Shown piece after piece: positions 28,086 through 39,629 of a stretch of 64,000 bases of DNA. The translations under genes were made by a program, and so were the position numbers. The DNA lies in the NCBI GenBank assembly GCA_951406725.2, contig OX597822.1, forward strand, positions 23,808,001 to 23,872,000, in the 5' to 3' direction. Each line of letters opens with the position of its first letter. Position 1 is the first letter of the stretch. This DNA comes from Octopus vulgaris (lineage: Eukaryota). The notes under the pieces were generated by a model, which saw only the letters and a program-made list of their open reading frames with translations, was not told where the DNA came from and made no database searches.

Positions 28086-28967
28086 CTTCTGTTGACTGTT
28101 ATTTTTATATAAAGGTCACTGAATAAAAGATGGTTTGGTCACGACTGGATGTCTTCGATCATAGACCTGTTCGATTAGGCTTTCGTGAGGGCTGGACAAT
28201 AACAACAACAACAAAATGTATTTAATACGACCGATTTTCTCTAGAATTAGGAACCAGGCGTTGTTTGCGTGAGTATGGCACAGGCATTGTGAAATAGCAG
28301 TAACATGTCGGGAAGAAGAGTTTCCACTTAGATTTTAATACAGGATCTTTCGTAAACCTCAAACTCTGGTGCTGGGGTCGGGGGTGTGGTGGGGGACTTT
28401 GATATTGCTGATATCTCTTCTCTTTTACCTGCTGCAATACAATGAAGGCTGCTTTTGTTGATGTTGGTGGTGATGGTGGTGGTGGTGTTTGAGATAGTAG
28501 TGGTGATGGTGGTGGTAATGGTTGTAGTTGTGGTGGTGTTCATGGTTTTGGTGGTCGTGGCGTTGTTTACCTCCGGCGTCTGCCCAAACCAAACAATTCT
28601 TTTTTTTTTTGCAGCCATTTCTCCGTTCTGTTTTTTCATTAAAAATTTTTTTTTTATTTTCAGACATATTGCCTCTGAGATATAACGAAGATTCGATTCA
28701 TATCGAAGTCAATTTTAATATTGGATTTACAAGGGCCCAAATCAGTGGTTCCCAACAGAAGTTAATTTGACAGTTGGAGGTCCATGTACGATTGCTTTGA
28801 GATCTATCTGCCATCGGTTCAGGCGTAGTTGTGTGGTAAGAAGATTGCTTCCCAACCACATGGTTCCACGTTCAGTCCCATAGCGTAGCATCATCGGCAA
28901 GTGTGTTCTACTATAGGCTCAGGACGACCAAAGCCTTGTGAGTGGATTTGGTAGAAAGAAGCCCGTT

Positions 28968-29006
<39 letters not shown>

Positions 29007-29190
29007 AATAAGACCCCAATGTGTCAAGTAATGCTGAGTAAGTGCTATGGGAAGTTCATCTCCAAGTTCGGTGATTATGCGAATGAGGATACAATATCCC
29101 TGCATATCCCTGCATATTTTCATTCCTCCACTTCACTCTCTATATCATATCTTATCTAGAATAACTATTGTTTAACCATTTTCTCACGCC

Positions 29191-29238
29191 GTCTCCGATG
29201 AAGGAATATATAAAATATCCCGGAAACAGCTGTAAGGC
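29191..29238 (+). ncRNA. Minimal hammerhead ribozyme, CCGATGA core variant
   Basis: GTCT-CCGATGA-aGGAATA tataaaa TATCCcg-GAAA-CAGCTG-TA-AGGC. Palindromic stem III. Confidence 0.62.
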
Positions 29239-29264
29239 TTATTTATAAATGTTCTGAAATGACC

Positions 29265-29407
29265 TAGGTCATTTTATCGATAATGCTTGGCGAGCCGCTA
29301 AGTCATTTTATCGATCATGTTTGGCGAACCGCTAAGTCATTTTATAGATCTCGTGTGGCGAAACGCTAGGTCATTTTATCGACCTCGTTTGGCGAACCGC
29401 TAAGTCA
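29265..29407 (+). repeat. ~37-bp tandem repeat x4, SINE-derived
   Basis: (A/G)GTCATTTTATCGATC..TTGGCGAACCGCTA units resemble family A TATTCTATCGGTCTCTTTTGCCGAACCGCTAAG. Confidence 0.85.
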
Positions 29408-29543
29408 GCCGACGATTCTCAGCATCCACATTTTGGTCTCAATAAGACCCCAAGGTGTCAGGTAATGCTGAGTAAGTGCTATGTTAAGCTCCAGGATCGG
29501 TGATTACCTTAGGAATGAGAATCCAGGTTTGAAATTTCCCCAA

Positions 29544-29589
29544 GACACCTGATGAAAGCTGAAAGGTATATCAACAGAAACGTTGTGTT
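29544..29589 (+). ncRNA. Minimal hammerhead ribozyme, canonical core
   Basis: GACAC-CTGATGA-(degenerate stem II)-GAAA-CG-TT-GTGTT. Stem I 5 bp, stem III ACGT. Confidence 0.68.
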
Positions 29590-29863
29590 AACAACAAACA
29601 AGATGAGGACAAATATCCGTCGAATGTAAATAATATAAATAATGTACATAATTCCTCATCTCTTAAATATAGAACTGTATAACTTAAATTGGTGCTTACG
29701 TAAAATAATGCAATGAATAATGAATTTCAAGAGAAAATCATTTATTACTTTAAAATATAATTAAAGAAACCAAATTTCACATTTGTATGCTTCCTCCTCA
29801 CGTGGCCACCCTGTCATTTATTTCCTCTCATCGGTTTTTACGATCCTTTGTCTTGCGTACGCA

Positions 29864-29942
<79 letters not shown>

Positions 29943-29960
29943 CGCCAAGCTTAGTAGGTA

Positions 29961-30167
29961 AAGGGTGTTGAAAAGTTCCTGGATTTGGGCAAAAGAAAAT
30001 ACAGGAGGATCAGTTAATTATGATTTTATTCAACATAATCGCATCTCAGATCCAATTATTTATTGCAGCCGTCGTTCAGTTTTTCTAAGCCTTTTCAAAG
30101 AACACGGAAGGTAGGGCCTCCAGCCTGGCCCTTCGCGAAAAGCCAGGAACTTTTCAGCAGACCGTCA
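29961..30167. mobile_element. mariner-type MITE
   Basis: TIRs GGTGTTGAAAAGTTCCTGG / CCAGGAACTTTTCAGCAG, TA-flanked. Second copy at 47968. Confidence 0.7.
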
Positions 30168-30237
30168 TATGTGTACTCTTCCTGCACCTCTACACACACC
30201 ACTTTCTCGTACTCACTCCTCTCTCCTCTCTCCCCCC

Positions 30238-30269
<32 letters not shown>

Positions 30270-30515
30270 TTATATATATAAGCGCAGGAGTGGCTGTGTG
30301 GTAAAATGCTTGCTTCCCAACCGCATGGTTCCGGGCTCAGTCCCACTGCATGGCACCATGGGCAAGTGTCTTCTACTATAGCTTCGGGCCGACCAAAGGC
30401 TTATGAGTGGATTTGTTAGATGGAAACTGAAAGAAGCTCGTCATACCTATATGATTGTATTTGTGTGTCTGTGCTTATCCCCCTACCATCGCTTATATAT
30501 ATATATATATATATA

Positions 30516-32830
30516 GCCAGGGACCAGGGACACCAGGACACAGGCTGGAACCTAGTAATAAGGAAAAACCGAAGATAATCAGTCTTTCAACCAAACCTCT
30601 TTCTAACATAAAAATTGACATCCTCGCAAAAGGGCTCAAATTTACACCAACTCCACGCAGAGCCAACCTAAATGAACTCAAGGATAATATAACAGAATTT
30701 TGCAGAAAATTAAGACTAGCAGAAGCATCAACCAGTTTCAATACTGAAGATGAATCACTAGTCAAGAACAAAAGTGAACACATCCCACACAGAGGAAGAA
30801 ATAAAGATCTTGACGAATTCTGTAACCACATTGAGAACTTCCCCTACCATACTATACATAAACAGAAAGCTAACCCAAATTTTAACACTACACAATGGAA
30901 AAAACTGATAGAACTTCAAAATGATGAGGATATAACCATTAAGGAAGCAGACAAGGGAAATGCAGTTGTAATAATGGATACATCACACGACAGAAATCTT
31001 GTAATTTCCTTGCTTGATGACAACCTACATTATGAAAAAATTACCAACTACACCCCACAAAAAATAATGAAAACTCTATCTTCACTAATTAAAACCCATG
31101 AAAAGGAACTAACAACCAAAGAGATTGACTTCCTAACAAACTTTAAATGCAAACCTAGCCTCTTCTATGGTCTGCCAAAAATTCATAAAAGTCAAATTAT
31201 AAATGAAACCATTAAAAAATCACCAAAGACATACATACACACACCCAACCCGGGGGACCTAAAACTACGACCCATTGTAGCTGGCCCATCCTGTGAAACA
31301 CACAGATTAAGTCTACTTATGGACATCCTCCTGAAACCCTTCCTTAAACATATCGATAGCCATATCAGAGATGACTTAGATATGTTAAACCACCTTCCAA
31401 AAAAAGCCAAGGAAGAAACAATCCTGGTTTCATTTGATGTAGTCAACTTGTATACCTCCTCATAATTATGGACTGGAGGCAATACAGTTCTGGTTAGACC
31501 AATTTCCGGAAGAAATACCAAAAAGGATCAGTAAAGAATTCATTACTAAATCAATTGAATTCATCCTACACTTCATGTTTGACAATACATTTTACCGTCA
31601 AAAATCCGGAATTGCTATGGGTACAAGGGCAGCACCAGTCATTGCGAACTTAACAATGGGATACATGGAAATAATCATTTACCAGGAATCTTTATCAATC
31701 TTTGGAAACCCCTCTCTCAATACATAAAAGAGAACTGGAAACGATTCTTGGACGATTGTTTTATTCTCTGGAATGAAAACACAGATAAACTCTTAAAATT
31801 TAAAAACCTATTGAACAGCATCAACCCAAATATACAGTTCACAATGGAATACAACCAAAAGGAGCTCCCGTTCTTGGATATACTAATTAAAAAAATTAAC
31901 CTTAAAATAGAAACAGACATTTTCTACAAAGCCACAGACGCCAAACAATACCTTCTCTTTAATTCATGCCACCCAAGACACACTAAAACAAACATCCCCT
32001 TCAACCTTGCAAGAAGGATATGCACAATAGTGTCAGAACAAAATACCAGGAACTTCAGACTGCAAGAACTCAAAAACACCTTAATTGACAGACATTACCC
32101 AGCTCAACTCATAGAGGATGGGATCAGACGTGCAACAGAAATCAACATAGAAACTTTAAGAAAAGTTCAACACAACAACACACCTTCCCCGAAAATACTA
32201 CCTTACATATCTACATACAACCCCAGAAACAAAGAAGCTTTCACCATCATCACCCAGAATTTAACAATACTTCATAAAAAACCCAAATTAAAGGAAATTC
32301 TAAACATACATCAAATCATTAAAAGCTACAAACAGCCTAAATCACTTAAAAAGATTCTCACAAAGGCAAAATTATCTTCTGAAATTACGGATGCAAAAGT
32401 AAAAAAATGTGGTAGATCGAACTGTGCAACATGTCCTAACCTACTAGAAGGATCAGAATTCTTCTTTAAAGAGGGACAGAAATTCAAGATCAAATCTAAC
32501 TTTACTTGTGCCTCTGAAAACATAATTTATGTCATAAAATGCTCGGGCTGCCACCAAGACTACGTGGGGTCCACGGGACTATCACTCAGACGTAGATGCA
32601 CACTGCATCGACAACAGATTGCATTCCCAGAATATAGAATGATACCTTTTAGTGAGCACATTGAGAAATGCGCAAAGCAACTACAACCACAATTTTTAAT
32701 CTTTCCATTCTACCAATGTGCTTTCGGATCATCAACACAAATTAGACTAAACAAGGAAACATTCTTCATTGAAAAGTACAAACCCAGACTCAACTATCCA
32801 AACATAATAATACAGAGAAATTCACACTAA
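30516..32830 (+). pseudogene. PLE reverse transcriptase/GIY-YIG endonuclease ORF with two frameshifts
   Basis: ORFs 30455-31465 and 31748-32830 are bridged by an unlisted frame at ~31458-31715 (PHNYGLEAIQFWL...FYRQKSGIAMGTRAAPVIANLTMGYME). Shifts at ~31457 and ~31712. Confidence 0.93.
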
Positions 32831-32966
32831 GAGAAAAAGGAAAACAAATTTTTTTAAGCGATTATCTCCCTTACACCGGAAGAAATCACGCACTACCTTC
32901 CCTTATTTAGAACTCTCCGTAGCAAAAAAACAAGGATAAGGCTATTAAAGATAAACATTACGTCGC

Positions 32967-33005
32967 AAGAAATTTGAAGAGCTAAATGCGAAACCGGTCT
33001 TTCTT
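32967..33005 (+). ncRNA. Minimal type I hammerhead ribozyme (variant core) in Neptune PLE 3' UTR
   Basis: AAGAAA-t-TTGAAGA-GC taaat GC-GAAA-CCGG-TC-TTTCTT. 6-bp stem I, palindromic stem III ACCGGT, GUC cleavage triplet. Confidence 0.75.
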
Positions 33006-33250
33006 TAAAAATTATAAAATTATGTCATTATAAGAAAGGAAAAAAAATTTTTCCAATATTCTCCAGACATATTGACGCAAATATATATATTCTTTAACAT
33101 TTAAGCCATTCTGTCGTTTTTTCACTCTTTACTATTTTCTTATATATATATATATATATATACATACATATATATATGTATAAGAGAGAGAGAGAGAGAC
33201 AGACAGACAGATAGATTGATGGATATTGTGTGACTATATTTACATAATAT

Positions 33251-33283
<33 letters not shown>

Positions 33284-33311
33284 CATACATACATAAATAC
33301 ATACGCACGCG

Positions 33312-33381
<70 letters not shown>

Positions 33382-33394
33382 CGTATGTATTTAT

Positions 33395-33443
<49 letters not shown>

Positions 33444-33499
33444 TATATACTAAGGTAGAAGAGAGAGAGAGAGAGAGAGTTTATGGTATGTGTGTGGTT

Positions 33500-34135
33500 C
33501 AAATCCACAACACCATCTCTTCGGTTATCTGTGAAAATGTTTAGTGATAAAAACATCTCAACCGAATGTAAAAAATGAATCAACATTCTCAGAGCATAAC
33601 AAAGATTGATTCTCTGCGTACTTATACAAGACATCGCATTTTTCGTCATAAAAATTACATAAAAATACGAAAAAGTATATAAAAATATATAAAAATATAT
33701 AAAATCTTCTTGGGACATAACACAGAAAGCATAGCTTTGTGTATAAATAAAACGAACAGAAATTTAGTCACATGTGGGCATGATCCGAAAAGCTCCTTGT
33801 ATTTATCGTCTGTCCATCTCTTCCATTCGCATAAACCGCACCTTCCGCTGCCGTTAGTATAGGGCTTACATCTGAAAATCTTCCATTGTGTGTTATAATC
33901 GACACTTTATCTCTTAAAGACCAAATATGATTGGATAATTGTGTCGCTTTTCTTTTGTTCCAGTGCCTAAAGCTCAAAGTGCTATTGAACCTGGCCTTGA
34001 AATTACGTCTGTCTTTACGTTCTTCGTCGAAATGGTGTCTTTAGTGGTTATAGAGTTTACGGTAGCTTCATATATGATGGTCTTGGACATGCAAGCTCCA
34101 TTTAGCGGGCACAATTCTTTATTCCTGCATGAACA
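33500..34135 (-). mobile_element. Second PLE family, GIY-YIG region, inverted arm (corrupted by mosaic sequence)
   Basis: Minus-strand translation CSCRNKELCPLNGACMSKTIIYEATV...FKARFN..SFRHWNKRKATQLSNHIWSLRDK...RCKPYTNGSGRCGLC. 33501-33874 is partly the reverse complement of 34135-34541. Confidence 0.85.
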
Positions 34136-34670
34136 GATGTAAGCCCTATACTAACGGCAGCGGAAGGTGCGGTTTATGCGACATGGAGAGATGGCTTATC
34201 TGGAAAAGCAGCTTAGACCCTACCACATGTCTAAATACAAGGACAGAGCTTTTCGGATCATGCCCACATGTGACTAAATTTCTGTTACGTTTTTGGTCCC
34301 CTAAAGAAAACGGATAGAACATGCTTTCTGTGTTATGTCCCAAGAAGATTTTATATATTTTTATATATTTTTATATATTTTTATGTATTTTTATATAATT
34401 TTTATGACGAAAAATGCGAGCGATGTATAAGTACGCAGGCAAAGCAGAGTTATAACAGAGTAATTTCCCTTCATTTTTAACGGTATTTTTTCATAACGTT
34501 TTCAAATAGCCAGATAACCGAAGAGATGGTGTTGTGGATTTCCACTTCGGCATCTGAAACTCAGAGTTTTATCTTGACTACCGAGTAATGTAACATATTG
34601 TATAGATAAATTTCCTCTATTTACATAATATTGAGGTCTCTTTCTTTCTTTTGTTATCTTACCGTTTTAT

Positions 34671-34672
<2 letters not shown>
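34135..34672 (+). mobile_element. Second PLE family 3' end (EN C-terminus, 3' UTR, hammerhead, tail)
   Basis: RCKPYTNGSGRCGLCDMERWLIWK...CLNTRTELFGSCPHVTKFLL matches the CxLC..E..I..LN.R.E....C.H PLE C-terminus. Followed by a hammerhead, then (TA)n. Confidence 0.88.
34512..34574 (+). ncRNA. Type I hammerhead ribozyme, CCGAAGA core variant
   Basis: AGATAA-CCGAAGA-GATG..gtgga tt tccac..CATC-t-GAAA-CTC a GAG-TT-TTATCT. Perfect 6-bp stem I. Confidence 0.75.
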
Positions 34673-34726
<54 letters not shown>

Positions 34727-35044
34727 GGGGGAGATTTATGGTATGTGTGTGGTTCAAAACAAGTTCCCGTCGCCGCATGACCTCAGTGACATGTTTAGTG
34801 ATAAGAAACATCTCAACCGAATGTAAAAGAATGTGATCACCACATTCTCAGAGCAGAGACAAAGATTGATTCTCTAGCGCAAGACATTGACATCTCACAC
34901 ATAAAGAAACAAGCGAAATAAGTTGTATTCAACCATTTCCAAAGGAAAATCCAGACATTTTATAGCTTTGTGTATAAATAGAAAAAGAAATGATAATCGT
35001 TATCGTCTGTCTTATTTTCTTTGTAATTATTACTATCTATGAAA

Positions 35045-36020
35045 AGTGGCGGGCTAGCTAAATCGTTACAGCGCTTGGCTAGATGCTTAACGGCATTTCG
35101 TCCGTCTTTACGTTCAGAGTTCAAATTCCGCCGAGGTCGACTTTGCCTTTCATCCCTTTCAGGCATGTAATCGATTTACTCTCTCGTCAAAATTTCAGAC
35201 CTTGTGTCAGTTAGTGGACAGGATTATTGCTATCTATCAGAGACGGCGAGCTGACAAAATCTTTAGCGCGCAGAACAAAATGCTTAGCGGTATTTTGTCC
35301 GTCTTTACGTTCTGAGTTCAAATTCCGCCGAGGTCGACTTTGCCTTTCATCCTTTCGGGGTCGATTAAATAAGTACCAGTTACGCACTGGAGTCGATGTA
35401 ATCGACTTAATCCGTTTGTCTGTCCTTGTTTGTCCTCTCTGTGTTTAGCCCCTTGTGGGTAGTAAAGAAACTCACAACGTGAAGACGGACGAAATACCGC
35501 CAAGCATTTTGTCCTCCGTCCGAACAGCTCAGCCAGCTCACCGCCTTATCTATAGATAATGGATTAAAATTTTGACACGAGTCTAGCAACTTTGGGGAAG
35601 AGGGTAAGTCGATTACTTCGGCCCTAGTGCTCAACTGGTATTTATTTTATCGATCCCGAAAAGACGAAAAAGAAAGTCGACCTCAGCAAAATTTGAACTC
35701 ACAATGTAAGGACGGACGAAATGCCGCTAAGCATTTTATCCGGTATGCAAACGATTCTTCCAGTTTTCTGCCTTGCCTTATCTATAAATAATAAAGGTTT
35801 TGAAGGCGGCGAGCTGGCAGAAGCGTTAGCGCACCGGGCGAAATGCTTAGCAGTATTTCGTCTGCCGTTACGTTCTGAGTTCAAATTCCGCCGAAGTTGA
35901 CTTTGCCTTTCGGGGTCGATAAATTAAGTACCCGTTACGCACTGGGGTCGATGTAATCGACTTAATCCCTTTGTCTGTCCTTGTTTGTCCCCTCTGTGTT
36001 TAGCTCCTTATGGGCAATAA

Positions 36021-36022
<2 letters not shown>
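35045..36022. mobile_element. Cluster of ~5 SINE family B copies in both orientations (GTCGACTTTGCCTTTCATCCTTTCGGGGTCGAT central domain)
   Basis: Repeated GGCGGCGAGCTGGCAGAA..GAGTTCAAATTCC. Other copies at 1293, 1855, 4580, 7062, 16465, 21242, 24218, 27150, 42815, 43115, 46510. Confidence 0.88.
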
Positions 36023-36089
<67 letters not shown>

Positions 36090-36090
<1 letters not shown>

Positions 36091-37770
36091 TAGCAGAGAT
36101 ACCCGGCGTTGCCCGGGTTACATACAATTGAAGAATTAGACTTTTCTGTTATATTTTCTCTAATGAACTGGAATATCTATGTTTCGAATTTCATCAAAAT
36201 TGCAAATGAGGGTCATTTCCCTCTTTACAGACCCCCAAAAAATTGTAATCGTGCCACATATATCCCATATTACTGATTTTTATGCGCATATTCCAAAATT
36301 CCAGTTTTATTGAACCTGTTAAAAAGATTTTGCTCCTGAAAAATGAAGGTCATAGAGCTCTAAAATGTGAGAGTTAAGGCCCCTGTTGGAGGTGGGCATC
36401 TTAATATCAACCACAGAAGTTGAATTGTTGAGAATCTTTTTTACTTGGGTCTTATATCTATTGTTTGAATTTCTTTGAAATAGGAAATATATGTTCACTG
36501 TGTTTGTAAAAGAGAGCAAAGCTACAGGAAACCAAAAGACGAATGATCACAATAAGCAGTCAGCTACAGTACCCTAGACGTTACCACTCCCAATGTAGGA
36601 TTCCTCATCATCCAGGTGACAGGCATAGCAGTAGGATGCATTACGAATTTATAGCAATTGGAAGGGCGTGACCCAACTGAAATAAACATTAACAACTATC
36701 TGACGTGAGGGCTAAGGAGAAATAAAAGTTGCAGTTTGCAAATGACCACTATACTGATATGTAACTGGACAGAATAAATTTACAATCTATAAATGTCTTT
36801 GAATAACCAGTCACTCATCTGGGAAGGCCTTGAAATTAATGTTACCATGTGGGGAATATGTGTGACCGAGTGATAATAAAAAGACTGAAAGGAAATCTAC
36901 AATCAAATAACTTTACTCAACACTTTGCAACTGAATCAGTGGAGGCAAAGATGCCTCTCATTTACTTGACAATTTAAGCAGCACATTGCAGAAATCATAA
37001 TCTAAGTGTATGTCAAGACAAACTCTTACACTGTTGTACCATTGAATTACAAATAATGCGCATCTTCTATGCTCAGATGACCCCACAGCTTCCAAGAGTA
37101 CAACTATTCGTCTTTGCTTAGATATAAGGACAAAATTATGGGTGTTAAGTCCCCATGGTTTGTTCTTTAAAACTTGTAAGAAGATGAAATTTTATAAATA
37201 TTACTTTATTTGTATCTAATATCTATGGTTAAAATTTCATCTACAGCAAAAATATATGCATTGTTATGGGGGTTGTGGCCCTTATGCATAGAATATAATT
37301 TCCAAATTTCGTAAAGATCCATTCAGTACTTTTGACTTAGTTTTGGATCATAAAAGGAATGTCTAAAATTTGGGAGTTAAGGCCCCCATTTGGGTGCCTT
37401 AGAATCCTCATGTGAAGTTGAAACTTTGAGAATACTTCTTATAATATGTGTGTCAATAACCCATGGTTGAAATTTCATCATCATTGAAAATTTATGAATT
37501 TCCTTGGGGGTTCTGCCCCCTTTAAGCCATCTGAAATTCAAACCAAACATATTGCATTATACCCGCCCTTATGCATTGAATCTAAGTTTCAAATACCAAA
37601 AGGATCCATTCAGTAATTTTGGGCCTTGACGTATGAAACACACTGCATTACCCTTCTCCCTAGGCTTGGATTTTGTGTCCCACATTTCATTATGATCGGT
37701 GCAACAATTTTCGAATGTATAAGTAATACACGAACACATAAAGACATTGTCTTTGATATAATAAATATGA
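36090..37770 (-). mobile_element. Non-autonomous Helitron
   Basis: Minus-strand 3' end: hairpin CCCGGGCAACGCCGGG plus CTAG|T at 36090. Minus-strand 5' end TCATATTTATTATATATCAAAG near 37770. Sits in (TA)n. Confidence 0.8.
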
Positions 37771-37791
37771 ATATACACATATAAATACATG

Positions 37792-37849
<58 letters not shown>

Positions 37850-38154
37850 ACGTGCGTGTGTGTGTATTATATATATATATATACACACACACACAAAGAT
37901 AACTTAATAGATACAACTGAGTGGGCAAACAAAAATATGAGACACGGCGTAGTGGTTTTTTTATGTTGATAAGCCTGGTACTTATTCTATCAGTTTCTTC
38001 TTTTTGAAACCAGTAAGTTATAGCGATGTAAATAAACGAAGAGCAGTTGTGAAGCAGTGATGAAGGTGAAACACAGAAACAAAGTCACACACATACACTT
38101 AAATATATACATACATATATATACGATTGATTTCTTTAAGTTTCTGTCTACGAA

Positions 38155-38197
<43 letters not shown>

Positions 38198-38949
38198 ATA
38201 AATTGTGCGGGCAAACAAAAATATGAGATACTGCCTAGTGTTTTTTTTATTTTGATAAGCCTGGTACTTATTCTATCAGTTTCTTCTTGTGAAACCAGTA
38301 AGTTAAGGGGATGTAAATAAACGAACACCAGTTGTGAGGTAGTGATTTGGGAGAAACACAAAGACACACACACAGACTTACATATATACGATTGATTTCT
38401 TTCAGTTTCTGTCTACAAAATCCACTGACAAGGCTTTGGTTGGTCTGAGGCTATAGCAGAAGACACATGCCAAATCAACACACAGTGGGACTGAACTGAG
38501 GACCATGTGTTTTGGGAACGAAGTTTGTTACCACACAGCTACACCTGCACCTGCGTGTGTGTATGTGTGTATGGGTGTATATATGTATGCATGTATATAT
38601 GTGAATATATATGTGTACATCTATATATACATATACACATCTACTCATATACATGTATACATATGCATCTTTATGTATAGAAATAAATGTATACATATAC
38701 AGCTATACACACATACACAGCTATACACACACATACATAGGTGCAGGTGTGGCTGTGTGGTAACAAACTTTGTTCCAAAACACATGGTTCTGGGTTTAAA
38801 TTTAAATTTAAAATAATAAGGGTGAGAAATTGAATATTAATTTGAGTGATATGAATTGTAAACCAGTGGTGTCGCATACAAGACCATAGCGGATCTTCTT
38901 CTAGCAAAGTGGATGTCCACTGTTAATGGTTCATCCCTCTTATATAATA

Positions 38950-39218
38950 GTTTGACTTTAATAGTTTCAGTATTAAAGTGAAAGTATCTGACATTACAAT
39001 AGAGAGATGTTTTTGTTTCACTTTTAACACGTAATACTGAAATAGTGGAGAAGATATGATATTGTTGTAGGCTCGTCCTAGGCAAGAAGTTAGAAGCTTT
39101 TTTGCCCATGGCACTACATGGACCCTAAGTAAGGCATGTGTAAAATTTGAATGAAATTGGTTGTGTAGTTCTCAAGTTTTAGGGAAACAGACAGACAGAC
39201 AGACAGACACATTGTCAG

Positions 39219-39220
<2 letters not shown>
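38950..39220 (-). mobile_element. Probable Helitron 5' fragment
   Basis: Ends ..AAATTTGAATGAAATTGG..(CAGA)n CACATTGTCAGTTATATA, resembling the 37700-37760 terminus. Confidence 0.45.
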
Positions 39221-39249
<29 letters not shown>

Positions 39250-39251
<2 letters not shown>

Positions 39252-39586
39252 GGCGCATGGCTCAGTGGTTAGAGCGTCGAGCTTACGATCGTGAGGTTGT
39301 GAGCTCGAATCCCGGACCGGGCTGCGTGTTGTGTTCTCGAGCAAGGCACTTTATTTCACGTTGCTCCAGTTCACTCAGCTGTAGAAATGAGTTGCGACGT
39401 CACAGGTGCCAAGCTGTATCGACCTTTGTCTTTCCCTTGGATAACACTGGTGGCGTGGAGAGGGGAGGCTGGTATGCATGGGCGACTGCTAGCCTTCCAT
39501 AAACAACCTTGCCCGGACTTGAGTCTAGGAGGGTAACTTTCTAGGTGCAATCCCATGGTCATTCATGACCGAAGGGGGTCTTTACC

Positions 39587-39588
<2 letters not shown>
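39250..39588 (+). mobile_element. tRNA-derived SINE; opposite-strand relative at 27405-27700
   Basis: A/B boxes, CTCGAGCAAGGCACTT central motif, shared 3' half with 27405-27700. Confidence 0.85.

Positions 39589-39629
<41 letters not shown>

Larger units (their letters stand above)
30516..33140 (+). mobile_element. Penelope-like retroelement (Neptune-type), RT + GIY-YIG, inserted in (TA)n; probably 5'-truncated
   Basis: PLE motifs GLKFTPTP, ADKG, FYGLPKIHK, LRPIVAG, FDVVNLYT, GIAMGT, RFLDD. Cys linker CGRSNCATC, then GIY-YIG NIIYVIKCSGCHQDYVGST..R..H..H..E..LN. Hammerhead in the 3' UTR; (TA)n on both sides. Confidence 0.95.

Noticed and set aside
29265-29407. CRISPR-like ~37-bp repeats
   Set aside because: No unique spacers, no cas genes, eukaryotic context; the unit derives from a SINE.
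30493-32523. Minus-strand ORFs over the PLE
   Set aside because: Antisense shadows of the RT/EN frame.
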